The position numbers and the translations under genes are program-made. The notes beneath the pieces are model-generated. The model worked only from the letters and a program-made list of their open reading frames with translations, did no database searches and had not been told where the DNA came from. 64,000 bases of DNA, taken from positions 258,785 through 322,784 of the forward strand of contig JAYPJF010000002.1 of assembly GCA_038128225.1 (NCBI GenBank), given 5' to 3'. Positions 43,612-55,500 of this stretch are shown here, piece after piece. Positions within the stretch are counted from its first letter, which is position 1; each line of letters starts with the position of its first letter. The stretch comes from a bacterium (GTDB lineage Bacteria > Patescibacteriota > Minisyncoccia > Phycocordibacterales > UBA2100).

Positions 43612-45453
43612 ATGTATCTGCCCTTCCTCGTCCTCCTGCCGCTGTTCGCCGCTCTATTCTGCAGTCTTTTCCCAAGTCGCTCAGAGAGAGTCATTTCGCG
43701 CATAGCGATCATATCCACGCTCGCGGCCATGTTCATGTTTGCGTGGACATTTGCCCTCTGGGTACGCGGTGGAGTTGAACCGATTTTCGATGCCGGATTG
43801 ACTCTATTTTCCAGCGACGCGTATGTGTTCGCCTTTAATTTCTACATGGATGCCATCTCGGCGGTTTTCTTCGGGGTGACCTGTCTCATTACGATCCTGA
43901 TCTTGCTCTTTAGTAAGTACTACATGCATCGGGACCCAGGGTTCCGGCGCTTTCACGCGACAATCCTTCTCTTTGTGTTCGGCCTCTCGCTCGTCATATT
44001 TTCGGGAAATTTTGAGACGCTTTTCGTGGGGTGGGAGTTCATCGGTATCAGCTCGTTTCTCCTGATCTCCTTCTACCGTGACCGGTACCTACCCACAAAG
44101 AATAGCCTCAAAGTGTTCGCCCTGTACCGCATCGCCGACACTCTCTTCATCATCGCTTTATGGTACGCGCATCACCTGTTCGACAAGAATGTCCTGTTTT
44201 CCGAGTTCGCGTCACTCATCGGCGAACACGGCAACGACCTCTTGATCCTGGGCATACTCTTCGTGGCGGTCGCTATGATCAAGTCTGCACAGTTCCCTTT
44301 CTCATACTGGCTCCCGCGTGCCATGGAGGGACCGACGACGTCTAGCGCCATTTTCTATGGGGCCTTGTCGGTGCATATCGGGTTGTTTCTTTTGCTCCGT
44401 ACCTATCCGTTGTGGGAAGGTAATACCGGGCTTCGCATACTGGTAGCGCTCGTTGGGCTTCTCACTGCACTCATAGCGACTTCGATCACCCGTGTGCAGT
44501 CGTCCGCGAAGACGCAGATCGCATACGCGTCGGTTACGCAGATCGGGATCATGTTCGTCGAGGTTGCAGCAGGGCTTCACGCCCTCGCATTGTTCCACTT
44601 CGTCAGTAATGCCTGCCTCCGCACGTATCAGCTGCTCATTTCTCCTTCGATACTGAGCTACCTAATTCACTATCAGTTTTATACCTTCACGCCACCCACA
44701 CATAAGATGCAGCCTAATTTCGTCGGGAAAATCCGTTCGACGCTCTTCATACTGGGGCTCAAGGAGTGGAATATGGATAGCGTCATGACGCATCACATCT
44801 GGCAGCCGCTCAAGTCTATGGGCCAGCGGCTGCGCTTTCTGGACAAAAAGCCCGCGTTGATGTTCTGCGTAGCACTCTTATTCTTGGGCATGTACGTCGC
44901 GCATGACGAGCACGCCTCTCGCATGATAGTGAGCGGCATGACATGGGTCAGTGCGGTACTGAGCATACTCCTTTTCGTGCGCTCCTACGCGAATACGGGC
45001 ACAGCGCTCGCATGCTGGACACAGGTTTTCTTTGGCCAGGTCTTTGCGTTCGTATTCTTGATTACACTAACAGAGGTGACGTTCCAAACCGCCCTCATCT
45101 ATCTTACTGGCATCGTGCTTGCGTATGCCGCAGGACTACTGTGTCTCAGATTCCTTGATACTGGTAGCGTCCGACTCAGCGTGAGCGAGTATCATGGCTA
45201 CATGTATAAACACCCCGCGATAGGCAACATATTCTTCGTCGCTACTCTAGCGATGGTTATGTTTCCGATTACGCCGTCCTTTATCGGCGAGGAAGTACTC
45301 TTGAGCGGGATTCACACGGATCAAAGTGCGTTCGTAGCTGTCTTCATATTAGGGTATGTTCTTTCAGGAGTGAGCTCGATGCGGCTCTTTGCGAAAGTAT
45401 TCTTCGGTCCGCACGCAAAGACCTACCACGAGATGGCATATAGATCGTCCTAG
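43612..45453 (+). CDS. dabB: DabB, NuoL/MrpA-family proton-translocating membrane subunit
   Basis: About 15 TM; SAQFPFSYWLPRAMEGPTTSSAIFYGALSVHIGLFLL matches the PF00361 core ([22 protein letters not shown]); 6 nt after the dabA stop. Confidence 0.8.
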   Translation: MYLPFLVLLPLFAALFCSLFPSRSERVISRIAIISTLAAMFMFAWTFALWVRGGVEPIFDAGLTLFSSDAYVFAFNFYMDAISAVFFGVTCLITILILLFSKYYMHRDPGFRRFHATILLFVFGLSLVIFSGNFETLFVGWEFIGISSFLLISFYRDRYLPTKNSLKVFALYRIADTLFIIALWYAHHLFDKNVLFSEFASLIGEHGNDLLILGILFVAVAMIKSAQFPFSYWLPRAMEGPTTSSAIFYGALSVHIGLFLLLRTYPLWEGNTGLRILVALVGLLTALIATSITRVQSSAKTQIAYASVTQIGIMFVEVAAGLHALALFHFVSNACLRTYQLLISPSILSYLIHYQFYTFTPPTHKMQPNFVGKIRSTLFILGLKEWNMDSVMTHHIWQPLKSMGQRLRFLDKKPALMFCVALLFLGMYVAHDEHASRMIVSGMTWVSAVLSILLFVRSYANTGTALACWTQVFFGQVFAFVFLITLTEVTFQTALIYLTGIVLAYAAGLLCLRFLDTGSVRLSVSEYHGYMYKHPAIGNIFFVATLAMVMFPITPSFIGEEVLLSGIHTDQSAFVAVFILGYVLSGVSSMRLFAKVFFGPHAKTYHEMAYRSS

Positions 45454-45500
45454 TCAGAAGGCCCTCTGGCGATTCTGCGAGCATGCCACAAAGTGCCGGG

Positions 45501-46727
45501 TCAGTAGCTCCTCAGCTGCTTCGCCCGTTCGTGCAAACGGATTTTTTCAAGCGCCTTAGCCTCGATTTGGCGAATACGCTCGCGCGTCACACCAAATTCT
45601 CGCCCTACTTCTTCAAGCGTGTAGCACACGCCATCGTCGGTGAGCCCGTGTCGCAATTCCAAAATCTTTCGCTCTTTCGGAGATAATTCATCTAATACTG
45701 CTTGCATTTGATCCGAGAGGATACGGTGTGACGCGGCGCGATCAGGCGCTTCAATTGTTTCGTCCGCAATAAAACTCCCCAGAGTTGAACGATCTTCGTC
45801 ATCGCTCCCCACAGGACTTTCAAGCGAAACGGTGTCTTGGTTAATTTTTTGAATCGTGTAAATCTTATCGAGTTCGATGCCCATTTCTGCAGCAATTTCT
45901 TCTGGCACCGGCTCGCGGCCCAAATGTTGCGAAAGCTCGCGCACTTTTTGTTTATACTTTGCGATCGTCTCCACCATGTGCACCGGAATGCGGATGGTGC
46001 GTGATTGATCAGCGAGCGCGCGTGTAATCGCCTGTCGAATCCACCACGTTGCATACGTTGAAAATTTAAATCCTTTTGTCCAGTCGAACTTTTCTACCGC
46101 TTTATACAAACCCATATTTCCCTCTTGAATGAGGTCGAGAAGCGTAAGGTCCGGAGAACGATTAACGTACTTTTTTGCGATCGAAACTACCAAGCGCAAG
46201 TTTGATCGAGCAAGAATATGTTTTGCTTCTTCGTCTTCTTGCATAATGCGCTTTGCGAGATCTTTTTCCTGTTGCGCATTCAAAAGCGGGTATTGCCCGA
46301 TCTCGCGCAGATACATCTGCACCGGGTCATATGCGCTATCAGAGCGCCGGTGCTGTAGTTTCTTCTTTTCAAGAATTTCATACGCGGAAGCGTCTTCAAG
46401 CATGCCGCCGCCTTCAAGCACATCAACGCCTGCGGTACTAAACTTTTCGTACAATTCCTCAAGGGTAAACACGTCGTCCTCGATTGTCGGAAACTCGCGG
46501 AGAATTTCATCGTACGTTACATATCCGCGACCTCTCCCGAGCGAGAGAAGTGCCTCGATGCGTTGTTCGCGCGTTTTGCCTTTTTGCGGAACTTTCTTTG
46601 CGCCTTTTCTTACAGTGCCGTTACCTGCCTTTTTTGCCCCTCGTTTTTGGGTTTTTTGTTGAACACGAGAACCCCCTTTTTTCCGGGGCGCTTTCTGTGC
46701 AACGCGTTTAGATTTCTTTTTTGCCAT
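45501..46727 (-). CDS. rpoD: RNA polymerase sigma factor RpoD (sigma-70)
   Basis: Region 2 [18 protein letters not shown] and [13 protein letters not shown]; region 4 [25 protein letters not shown]; basic N-terminal extension. Confidence 0.9.
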   Translation of the reverse strand: MAKKKSKRVAQKAPRKKGGSRVQQKTQKRGAKKAGNGTVRKGAKKVPQKGKTREQRIEALLSLGRGRGYVTYDEILREFPTIEDDVFTLEELYEKFSTAGVDVLEGGGMLEDASAYEILEKKKLQHRRSDSAYDPVQMYLREIGQYPLLNAQQEKDLAKRIMQEDEEAKHILARSNLRLVVSIAKKYVNRSPDLTLLDLIQEGNMGLYKAVEKFDWTKGFKFSTYATWWIRQAITRALADQSRTIRIPVHMVETIAKYKQKVRELSQHLGREPVPEEIAAEMGIELDKIYTIQKINQDTVSLESPVGSDDEDRSTLGSFIADETIEAPDRAASHRILSDQMQAVLDELSPKERKILELRHGLTDDGVCYTLEEVGREFGVTRERIRQIEAKALEKIRLHERAKQLRSY

Positions 46728-46776
46728 GAGAAGATTGAGTACGAAAAAATCACACCGATGCGGTGTTTGCACTAAT

Positions 46777-48453
46777 CTATCTCGAAACCGCTATTTTTGC
46801 AAGCGTGGATGAGAGCTCTGTGCATAACCGTACAAGACGCTCGATTTCTTGAGAGTCCCTTGCAGCCTCTGCGTGACGCAATGTCTGAGATGCCTCCTCA
46901 AGCTCGCGCTGTAACCGATCGCGCGTCACAAAGCGCGCAAGCGCTCGCCTATGCTCTTGCAGATCACGTACACGTCCCCCATCCTCCTCAGCAAGAAACA
47001 CAAGTGCCTCCTTTTGCTTTTCTGCAAGGGCGTCGAGTTGGTGGATCCCAGCTCCCAACGCTTCACGAATCGCGTGCGCGATGTGATCGTCGTTATTTTG
47101 GCCAAGTAAAAGTAAATGGCCATATAAAAGTTCTGCCCGAGTGTACTGCGGTGCGCCTTTTTCTGCTGCGGCTTCAGTCTGTGTAGAAAGGGTAATGCCA
47201 CGCATCGCGGCGCGTACTGAATCTTCGGATACATTGATACGCCCTGCGACCATGCGCACAAAGTGACTCTGATCGATTGCGCTTGGAATAACTGCCACAA
47301 ATGGCACCACCGTGCGCTCCACAGCGCGTGCGAATGCACGCGCATCTTTCGATGCTTTTTCCAACGTATCGAGAAGAAAAGTAACGATGTGTACTGATTC
47401 TCGAATCGCCCCACGCCACACCTCTTTTCCCCCCTCGTTTTGAAGCAGATCTGCAGGATCTTTGCCGCTACTAATACGTGCAACTTTTACGTCCATACCT
47501 GCCGCAAGCGCTTCTCGGGCACTTTTTTCACTTGCACGAATCCCCGCTTCGTCAGCATCAAGTGCTAAAACGACGTTCTCGCTCATGCGCCGCAATAATG
47601 CAATATGCTCCGTAGTTAACGCGGTTCCCGACACTGCTACCGTGTTGGGCCACCCAGCTTGGTGTACGGCAATGAGATCCATCTGCCCCTCAACAAGAAT
47701 AGAAAAATCATGCTTTCGTATCGCGAGTTTGGCACGATCATAACCAAAAAGGATGCTTCCTTTGTGATACAGAGATGTTTCCGGACTGTTAATATATTTC
47801 GCTACATCTTCTTTTGCTTCGCCAAAAATGCGCCCCGAGAATGCAACAACACGGCCTGCTGAGTCATTAACGGGAAACATGATACGGCTGCGAAAACGAT
47901 CATAAATACCTTTTTCAGAACGCTTTACTAAACCCGCTGCCTCCATTTCTTTTTCAAAATACCCACGCTGTTTCAGATGTGGCGAAACTGACCGCCACTC
48001 ATCCGGAGCAAACCCGATCCGGAACAGTGCGATTGTCTCTCTTGTGAGACCCCGTTTTTTAAGATACTCGTACGCAGGATGTTTCTCGGTAAGCTGCGTT
48101 TGATAGAACAACGTGGCTTCCTCAAGAAGAGAGCGTAGCCGATCTTTCTCGTCTTTTTTTTCGCGCTCCTGATAGACAATCTCAACCCCCGCGCGTTCCG
48201 CGAGTACTTTCAGAGCACCTTTAAAGTCCAACCCTTCAATCTCCTGCACAAAGGTAAAAATATCGCCGCCAACATTGCAGCCAAAGCAATGGTAAGTGCC
48301 GCGCTCGGGAGAAACGACAAATGACGGCGTGCGTTCATTATGAAAAGGACACCGCGCCTTAAAAACGGCGCCGGCACGCTGCAGCTGCACATACTGCGAG
48401 ACTACGTCTACTATCGAAAGCCGCGCTTTGACCTGTTCTACCGTATCCGCCAT
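46777..48453 (-). CDS. dnaG: DNA primase
   Basis: CHC2 zinc finger [11 protein letters not shown]...[13 protein letters not shown] polymerase core domain, Toprim. Confidence 0.9.
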   Translation of the reverse strand: MADTVEQVKARLSIVDVVSQYVQLQRAGAVFKARCPFHNERTPSFVVSPERGTYHCFGCNVGGDIFTFVQEIEGLDFKGALKVLAERAGVEIVYQEREKKDEKDRLRSLLEEATLFYQTQLTEKHPAYEYLKKRGLTRETIALFRIGFAPDEWRSVSPHLKQRGYFEKEMEAAGLVKRSEKGIYDRFRSRIMFPVNDSAGRVVAFSGRIFGEAKEDVAKYINSPETSLYHKGSILFGYDRAKLAIRKHDFSILVEGQMDLIAVHQAGWPNTVAVSGTALTTEHIALLRRMSENVVLALDADEAGIRASEKSAREALAAGMDVKVARISSGKDPADLLQNEGGKEVWRGAIRESVHIVTFLLDTLEKASKDARAFARAVERTVVPFVAVIPSAIDQSHFVRMVAGRINVSEDSVRAAMRGITLSTQTEAAAEKGAPQYTRAELLYGHLLLLGQNNDDHIAHAIREALGAGIHQLDALAEKQKEALVFLAEEDGGRVRDLQEHRRALARFVTRDRLQRELEEASQTLRHAEAARDSQEIERLVRLCTELSSTLAKIAVSR

Positions 48454-48490
48454 GCCGCTATCATACGTGACAAAAAAGACAACCGCGAGC

Positions 48491-48558
48491 GCCGAAACGC
48501 TCGCGACTTTGTTAGCTACTTAAAAACATCACCCCGGGCCGAAGTCCGGGGTGAAGGC
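48491..48558 (-). terminator. Two tandem hairpin terminators between the S21-like ORF and dnaG
   Basis: CACCCCGGgccgaagtCCGGGGTG (48533-48556) and GCGAGCGccgaaacGCTCGC (48491-48510); on the minus strand each is followed by a T-run. Confidence 0.45.
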
Positions 48559-48583
48559 AGCTAGGCTGCTGTGTGGAGGTGCG

Positions 48584-48781
48584 CTAGTGGCGCGTCGGGC
48601 GGTGGCCCGAGCGCCGCGTGCGCCGGTCGGTGATGCGAACGGTGGGCGCAGAAAGCCGCGCCGCCTTCACGACGATCCGCCGCAGGGCACGCTGATCTGC
48701 GGCCGTCAGGATGTGCCGGCTCGTCCGAGCCGGCACTCCGCCGTAGGGTCGCCGGACGTGCACCGGGATTGTGATCACCAT
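48584..48781 (-). CDS. Small Arg-rich basic protein (65 aa); possibly a divergent ribosomal protein bS21 by synteny with dnaG-rpoD
   Basis: GGAGG 9 nt upstream of ATG (rc 48779-48781); MVITIPVHVRRPYGGVPARTSRHILTAADQRALRRIVVKAARLSAPTVRITDRRTRRSGHRPTRH has 15 of 65 Arg; local GC is about 70%. Confidence 0.4.
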   Translation of the reverse strand: MVITIPVHVRRPYGGVPARTSRHILTAADQRALRRIVVKAARLSAPTVRITDRRTRRSGHRPTRH

Positions 48782-48872
48782 GTCGTCTTTCCTCCGTTTA
48801 GGAGCCACTCCTGTGGCACCGTACGCATTTTACAACACTTTATATTAAGTGTCAATTCTCCTCTACGTGTGC

Positions 48873-51800
48873 TTATTCCTCGGCCGGCGCGCTCGCTTCA
48901 AGCGCACTTTGCTCTGCTTCGAGTTCTTTTTGGAGTTTGCTGATCATTTCCTGTTTTTTGCTTCCCGCAAAACCGGTTCCGGCAGGGATGAGGCGGCCAA
49001 CAATGACGTTTTCTTTAAGTCCGATCATCTTATCAACAGCGCCGGCAAGCGATGCCTCGACAATTTTTCGAGTCGCGTGCTGGAATGAGACTGACGAGAG
49101 GAAACTGGTACGGGTGAGCGAGACATCGGCGATACCAAGGATAAGCAGCCTGCCTTTTGCCGGCTCTTCACCTTTCGCTTTCGCTTCGCGATTCGCCTCC
49201 TCGAACTCGAAATCTTCAACAGTGTCGTTGATCGAGAACTGCGTGTCGCCTGGGTTTGTGATCTTGATGCGGCTAAACATCTGCTTGACGATCAGTTCCA
49301 TGTGCTTACGTGAAGGCGCCGCGCCCTGCATTTTGTAGATCCTGATCACTTCTTCAATGATGTAATCTTGTGTTGCCGCTTTGCTTGAATACTCAAAGAG
49401 GTCTTCGAGGTTTGCCGAACCGTCTGTAAGGAACTGCCCTTTGACTACCGTGTCTCCTTCTTTTACTGAGAGCGAGCGCGCGGGGTGAATTGCGTATTCA
49501 CAATCACGCTTAGAGGCTTTGCCGCTCTCCGGCGTAATGATGAGCGTGGTCTCCCCTTCTTCTTTCTTGATTTGCGAAACCATACCATCAATGTGCGCAA
49601 TTACTGCAGGAATTTTTGGTTTGCGGCGCTCGAACACTTCTTCGACGCGCGGCAACCCCATGGTGATGTCACCACCCGCCGCCGCCACACCACCGGTGTG
49701 GAAGGTACGCATGGTAAGCTGTGTGCCCGGTTCACCAATTGCTTGCGCGGCAACTACGCCAATCGCTTCACCAACATCGACTAGCTCCTGTGTGGTGAGA
49801 TCGATGCCATAACAGTGCCGACAAACGCCGCGCATTGTTTTGCATGACATGGGCGAGCGCAACACAATCTCGGGTGGATTTTTTTCCTTAATTTTTATCG
49901 TATCAGATGGTGTAACCAAGTGCCCGCGCTTCAAATCAGTGCCTTCGATATCTTCGGCAAGCACACGGCCAAGCGCCTCTTCTGCGAGCGAGCCACCGAA
50001 TTGCTCGGCCTGTGCGCGCGTAATCGTAATACCCTCTCTGGTACCACAATTTTCTTCAAGAATAAGAACGTCCTGCGCAACATCGAACAGACGGCGGGTA
50101 AGATAGCCGGCTCGTGCGGTATTGAGCGCGGTGTCGGCAAGACCTTTGCGCGCACCGTGCGTCGAGATGAAGTACTCAGCCGGTGTAAGACCCTCTTTCA
50201 TGGACGCCGTAATGGGAAACTCGATGGTCTCACCGCGCGGATTGGTGATGAGGCCTTTCATACCGATCATCTGGTGAAGCTGGCCGACAGAACCACGTGC
50301 TCCCGACATAATGAGGTTGTGCACAGAGCCCAACGGGTTAAGACTTCCGACAACTGCTTCGCGAACACGGTCTGAGGTTTTCGCCCATTTTTCGATCACA
50401 AGGCGATGTCGTTCCTCGTCAGTGAGAAGACCCTCGTTGTACTGGTTAGTTAATTCCTGCACCGCGGTGCGGCCTTCTTCAACAATCGCTTCTTTTTCTT
50501 TCGGTACGATCACATCAGATGCGCTCCATGTGATTCCCGCGTATGTTGCGTAGCGGAATCCGAACGCTTTAATTTTGTTCAAAATCTCAGGAAGTCCTTC
50601 AAGACCGTATCGCGCAACCAAATTTCTGATGACGCCGGTCATTTTTTTCTTCGTCAATTCCTCGTTCACAAAAGGGAAATCGTTTGGCAGTGACGAGTTG
50701 AACAAGAGGCGACCCACTGTGGTTTCGAACACACCACCGTTGAAATGCGTGTATTTTTGGTTATCGCTCGGGAGTACTCTGATTTTTGCGCGCAAATCAA
50801 CATCGCCAAAATCAAATGCGGTAATCGCTGCGTTTGGCGAAGGAAACGCTTTCCCTTCCCCCTTAAGTCCTGCGAGTTCTTGCGTCATCCAGAAACAGCC
50901 AAGAATCATGTCTTGGCGTGGCTCGGCAACAACATCGCCTGAACCTGGTTTCAAAATGTTTTTGTTTGCAGAAATAATCTCTTTTGCTTCAAGCTGTGCC
51001 TCAGGAGTAAGTGGCACGTGCACTGCCATCTGGTCACCATCGAAGTCCGCGTTGTACGCAGGACACACGAGCGGGTGAAGTTGGATAGCGTTACCTTCGA
51101 TCAACACTGGGCGAAACGCCTGGAATGATTGGCGGTGCAAAGTCGGTGCGCGGTTTAAGAGCACATACTTCCCTTCAATTACTTCTTCAAGAATCGCCCA
51201 TACCTCAGGTACACCGTCTTCGATCAAACGTCCTGCGCCGCGAATGTTATACGCGAGTTCGCGCGCAATCAGGCCTGCAATTACAAACGGGCGGAAAAGT
51301 TCCAACGCCATATGTTTCGGAAGACCGCATTCGTCGAGTTGAAGATCTGGACCAACGACAATCACCGAACGCCCTGAGTAGTCAACGCGCTTACCGAGAA
51401 GATTTTGACGCAAATACCCTTGTTTTCCTTTGAGATAGTCTGCAAGCGATTTAAGTTCACGGCGCCGACCACCGAGAATACTCGAGGTTGAGCCGCCTTT
51501 GCGCATTGAGTTGTCGAGAAGTGCGTCAATCGCTTCCTGTAAAATACGCTTCTCGTTGCGCAGAATCACCTCCGGCGCATGAATGGTGAGCAATTTCTTC
51601 AAACGATTGTTGCGGTTGATGACGCGACGATACAAGTCGTTAAGATCAGACGATGCATGGCGGCCGCCTTCGAGGGCAACCATCGGGCGCAGTGCAGGTG
51701 GAACAACCGGCAACCGTGTCAAAAACATCCATTCCGGACGCACGTTTGAACGCTGCATAGTTTCGATGAGTGCGAGTCGGCGCTTTGCCTTGTCACGATC

Positions 51801-52544
51801 GGTCGCGTTGGCTTCCTCAGCTTGGGTGCGAAGCTCTGCGGCAAGTGCGTTAAGATCTGTTTTTTTAAGGAGCGCATACAACGCTTCAGCGCCAATTTCT
51901 GCGCTAAACATTGCTCCATATTTGACTGCTGCAACGTGATACGATGCCTCATCAAGTACCGAACCTTCCACGATTGACTCTATTTCGTGCTTTGCCTGTG
52001 CCATCAAATCCTTAAGGCGTTTGCGCTCATCTTCGTTGTTTGCGGCTTTAACCTTGAGTTGGAACTCGTGGTCAAGCTCTTTGAGCAATCGTGCTTTCTC
52101 TTCAGGCAGTACTTTCGTAACGATGTACCCTGCGAAATAGACAACTTTTTCAACATCGTTTGCTGAAAGCCCGAGCATAAGCGCGATACGTGAAGGGATG
52201 CCGCGCAAAAACCAAATGTGTGCAACAGGAGCGGCAAGATCAATGTGCCCCATGCGCTCTCGTCGGACGATCGCGCGTGTAATTTCAACGCCACATTTTT
52301 CACATACAATACCCTTAAACCGAATGCCGCGGTATTTGCCACAGTAGCATTCATAATCTTTTTCAGGGCCGAAAATTTTCTCGTCAAACAGACCGCTTTT
52401 TTCTGGGCGCTGAGTTCGGTAGTTAATCGTTTCCGGTTTTGTCACTTCTCCATGTGACCAATCGAGGATACGTTCAGGAGACGCGAGCGAAACGCGCAAT
52501 TCGTCAAAGTGTTGTGGGATTGTGTCTTTTTTCTTGAGTGCCAT
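48873..52544 (-). CDS. rpoC: DNA-directed RNA polymerase subunit beta'
   Basis: Zn finger CxxC...CxxC, NADFDGD catalytic loop, trigger loop. Confidence 0.95.
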   Translation of the reverse strand: MALKKKDTIPQHFDELRVSLASPERILDWSHGEVTKPETINYRTQRPEKSGLFDEKIFGPEKDYECYCGKYRGIRFKGIVCEKCGVEITRAIVRRERMGHIDLAAPVAHIWFLRGIPSRIALMLGLSANDVEKVVYFAGYIVTKVLPEEKARLLKELDHEFQLKVKAANNEDERKRLKDLMAQAKHEIESIVEGSVLDEASYHVAAVKYGAMFSAEIGAEALYALLKKTDLNALAAELRTQAEEANATDRDKAKRRLALIETMQRSNVRPEWMFLTRLPVVPPALRPMVALEGGRHASSDLNDLYRRVINRNNRLKKLLTIHAPEVILRNEKRILQEAIDALLDNSMRKGGSTSSILGGRRRELKSLADYLKGKQGYLRQNLLGKRVDYSGRSVIVVGPDLQLDECGLPKHMALELFRPFVIAGLIARELAYNIRGAGRLIEDGVPEVWAILEEVIEGKYVLLNRAPTLHRQSFQAFRPVLIEGNAIQLHPLVCPAYNADFDGDQMAVHVPLTPEAQLEAKEIISANKNILKPGSGDVVAEPRQDMILGCFWMTQELAGLKGEGKAFPSPNAAITAFDFGDVDLRAKIRVLPSDNQKYTHFNGGVFETTVGRLLFNSSLPNDFPFVNEELTKKKMTGVIRNLVARYGLEGLPEILNKIKAFGFRYATYAGITWSASDVIVPKEKEAIVEEGRTAVQELTNQYNEGLLTDEERHRLVIEKWAKTSDRVREAVVGSLNPLGSVHNLIMSGARGSVGQLHQMIGMKGLITNPRGETIEFPITASMKEGLTPAEYFISTHGARKGLADTALNTARAGYLTRRLFDVAQDVLILEENCGTREGITITRAQAEQFGGSLAEEALGRVLAEDIEGTDLKRGHLVTPSDTIKIKEKNPPEIVLRSPMSCKTMRGVCRHCYGIDLTTQELVDVGEAIGVVAAQAIGEPGTQLTMRTFHTGGVAAAGGDITMGLPRVEEVFERRKPKIPAVIAHIDGMVSQIKKEEGETTLIITPESGKASKRDCEYAIHPARSLSVKEGDTVVKGQFLTDGSANLEDLFEYSSKAATQDYIIEEVIRIYKMQGAAPSRKHMELIVKQMFSRIKITNPGDTQFSINDTVEDFEFEEANREAKAKGEEPAKGRLLILGIADVSLTRTSFLSSVSFQHATRKIVEASLAGAVDKMIGLKENVIVGRLIPAGTGFAGSKKQEMISKLQKELEAEQSALEASAPAEE

Positions 52545-52549
52545 ATGCG

Positions 52550-55500
52550 TTAGTTGTTATGCTCGTAAGTCCCTGTAAGCGACTCTTCGTTTTGGGTAAA
52601 TGAGATATCAATTCCTAGACCCCGCAAGTGGCGTACGAGCACGTTGAAGGTCGCCGGAATGCCGCCTTCTTTAATTGGCTTGCGGAACACGATTGATTCA
52701 AACGCTGCTGAGCGGCCAAGAATATCGTCAGACTTGATGGTAAGGATTTCGCGAAGTGTGTGCGCAGCACCGTATCCAAGAAACGCCCAGACTTCCATTT
52801 CCCCCACACGCTGACCACCGTTTTGTGCTTTACCACCAAGCGGCTGTTGTGTTGTAAGTGAGTACGGACCAATAGCGCGCATGTGAATCTTATCTTCAAC
52901 CATGTGGTGAAGTTTGAGCATGTACATAACACCAACCGCGATTGGCTGGGCGAATGCCTCACCCGTGCGGCCATCAAAGAGTGTGCGCTTCCCGTCCTCG
53001 TTGATTCCTGCTTTTTCAAGTTCTTCGCGCACTTCTTTTTCAGTCGCACCCGCAAATGAAGGTACAATCGCTTGGTATCCGAGCATTTCTGCCGCAAGAC
53101 CAAGGTGCAACTCGAGAATCTGCCCGAGGTTCATACGTGACGGAACACCAAGTGGCGTGAGAATAATGTCTACCGGTTCACCGTTTTTATCATACGGCAT
53201 GTCTTCTTCTGGAAGAATACGAGAGATGACCCCTTTGTTTCCGTGACGACCCGCGAGCTTGTCTCCCACTGAAATCGCCCGAAGTTGTGCTACTTCGATA
53301 TGAATGCGTTTGATAACACCCGATTCGAGCTGGTCGCCTTGTTCGCGCGAGAATATCTTCACCCCAATAATGCGGCCGCGCTTGCCACCTTCCATGCGCA
53401 GCGACGTGTCTTTTACATCTTTCGCCTTCTCACCGAAAATGGAGTGGAGCAAACGCTCTTCGGGAGTCAGCTGCGTCTCGCCTTTAGGAGTCACTTTACC
53501 GACAAGAATATCTCCTGGACGCACTTCTGCACCGACTCGAATGATACCGTCTTCATCAAGGTTGCGAAGTTTAAATTCCGAAACGTTTGGGATGTCATGC
53601 GTGGTAACTTCTGGACCAAGTTTTGTATCGCGAACGATACATTCGAACTCCTCCATGTGAATAGAAGTGAACCGGCCGTCTTTTACAAGACGCTCCGAAA
53701 CAACGATCGCGTCTTCGTAGTTTGCACCTGACCATGGCATAAATGCCACACGAATATTTTGCCCAATTGCGAGTTGCCCATTGACGCTCGCCGAGGTATC
53801 CGCAAGCACATCACCACGTTTGATTTTATCTCCGACAGAAACAATCGGGCGTTGATGGGACACTGTAAAGCCATTCGTGCGGGCGAAATTTACCAATCCG
53901 TACACACGCTCTTTGCCTTCTTTATTCTCCACTTTGATAGTGCGGGCATCCACATACGTAACTTCACCCGCTTCGTGCGCAATAATCAGTCTTCCTGAAT
54001 CTCGTGCGGCTGACTCTTCAACACCCGTTGCAACGAGCGGAGCTGCGGGAATAACACATGGAACAGCTTGTTTCTGCATGTTCGAACCCATCAGCGCGCG
54101 GTTAGCGTCGTCGTTTTCAACGAACGGGATCAGAGAGGTGCCCACAGAGAAAAGCTGGTTAGTCGCTACTTCAATAAGATCGATTTTTTCTCGCGGTACG
54201 AGTGTTGGCTCGCCATGAACGCGCGCCTCAACTAGTTTCGATGCAATAGACCCGTCTTCTTTTCGCGCCACCGCGGCGTGCGCAATCGCATATTGTTCTT
54301 CGTCAAATGCGTTGAGGTACACGATCTCGTCCGTCACCTTTCCGTTTTTTACTTTCGCATACGGCGTCTCGATAATTCCGAATTCATTCGGTCGTGCATA
54401 CAATGCCATGTGCAATACCAACCCGATGTTTTTACCCTCAGGAGTATGCACGGGACATACGCGTCCGTAATGAGACGAGTGCACGTCGCGCACTTCAAGA
54501 CCTGCGCGCTCCGACGTAAGCCCACCAGGGCCAAGTGTCGAGAGGCGGCGCAAGTGCTCCATTTCATCGAGCGTGTTGTATTGCTCCATCAATTGAGAGA
54601 GTTGGTTCGAAGTGAAAAATTCTTTAATAGAAGCAGCGAACGGACGCGGGTTTACAAACTGTGTCGGCAGCGTCGCTTCAGTGTCAACCATCGACATGCG
54701 ATCTTGAATGTTGCGCTTCATGCGAGAAAGGCCCACGCGCATTTTTTGCTCAAGCAATTCGCCTACAAAACGCACGCGGCGAAAACCGAGGTTATCAATG
54801 TCATCAGGGCGTGCATTTTTGTCCGCATTCAACGTGAGAATATGCTTCACGATGCGCACCATATCGTCGAGTGACAGTGTCAACATGGCGAGATCCTTCT
54901 CTCCAGTCGGAATACCAAAGCGACGGTTGAAATGGAATCGCCCGACCGCTGAAAGATCGTACCGCTCTGATGAAAGAATAGAGCTCACGTAGTCGCGCGC
55001 TGTCTCAGGGGTAACCATGTCACCATCACGCAAGCGTCGGTAGATCTCAATACATGCCTCGTCGAGGGACTGTGCCGTGTCGTGGGCAAGCGTTTTTTTG
55101 ATCATCTCTTCTGCAAGCGGCACTTTACCAAGGAGGGAAACAAAATCTGCCTCAGTTTTTGCACCAAGAACACGGAAAAGTTGTGTGATAGGAAATCGGC
55201 GCTTGCGATCAATTTTTACGTACAAACCATCTGGTTCAGATTCTACTTCAATCCAAACACCACGAAGCGGAATAATCTTCGCCGTGAAATAATTAACGCC
55301 GCGGTACGGAACCGCGTCAAAAAACACTCCATAGGAGCGCGCGAGCTGTGGCACCACGACTCGCTCAACTCCATTGATTACGAACGTACCGTGCTCCGTC
55401 ATCCATGGAAAATCAGCAAGAAAGATTTCCTGCTCTTTTTCTTCACCCGTTGTTTTATTTCGGAGTTTTGCAACAACACTCAACGGTGCTTCGTACGTGC

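Noticed and set aside
48560-48800. 70% GC island considered as a possible structured RNA gene (RNase P, tmRNA, SRP)
   Set aside because: No recognisable conserved RNase P (GGAAAGTCCGGGCTCC), tmRNA tag or SRP domain-IV motifs. A clean ORF with a strong SD and Arg-codon bias explains the GC content. It is kept as a protein-coding call with caveats.
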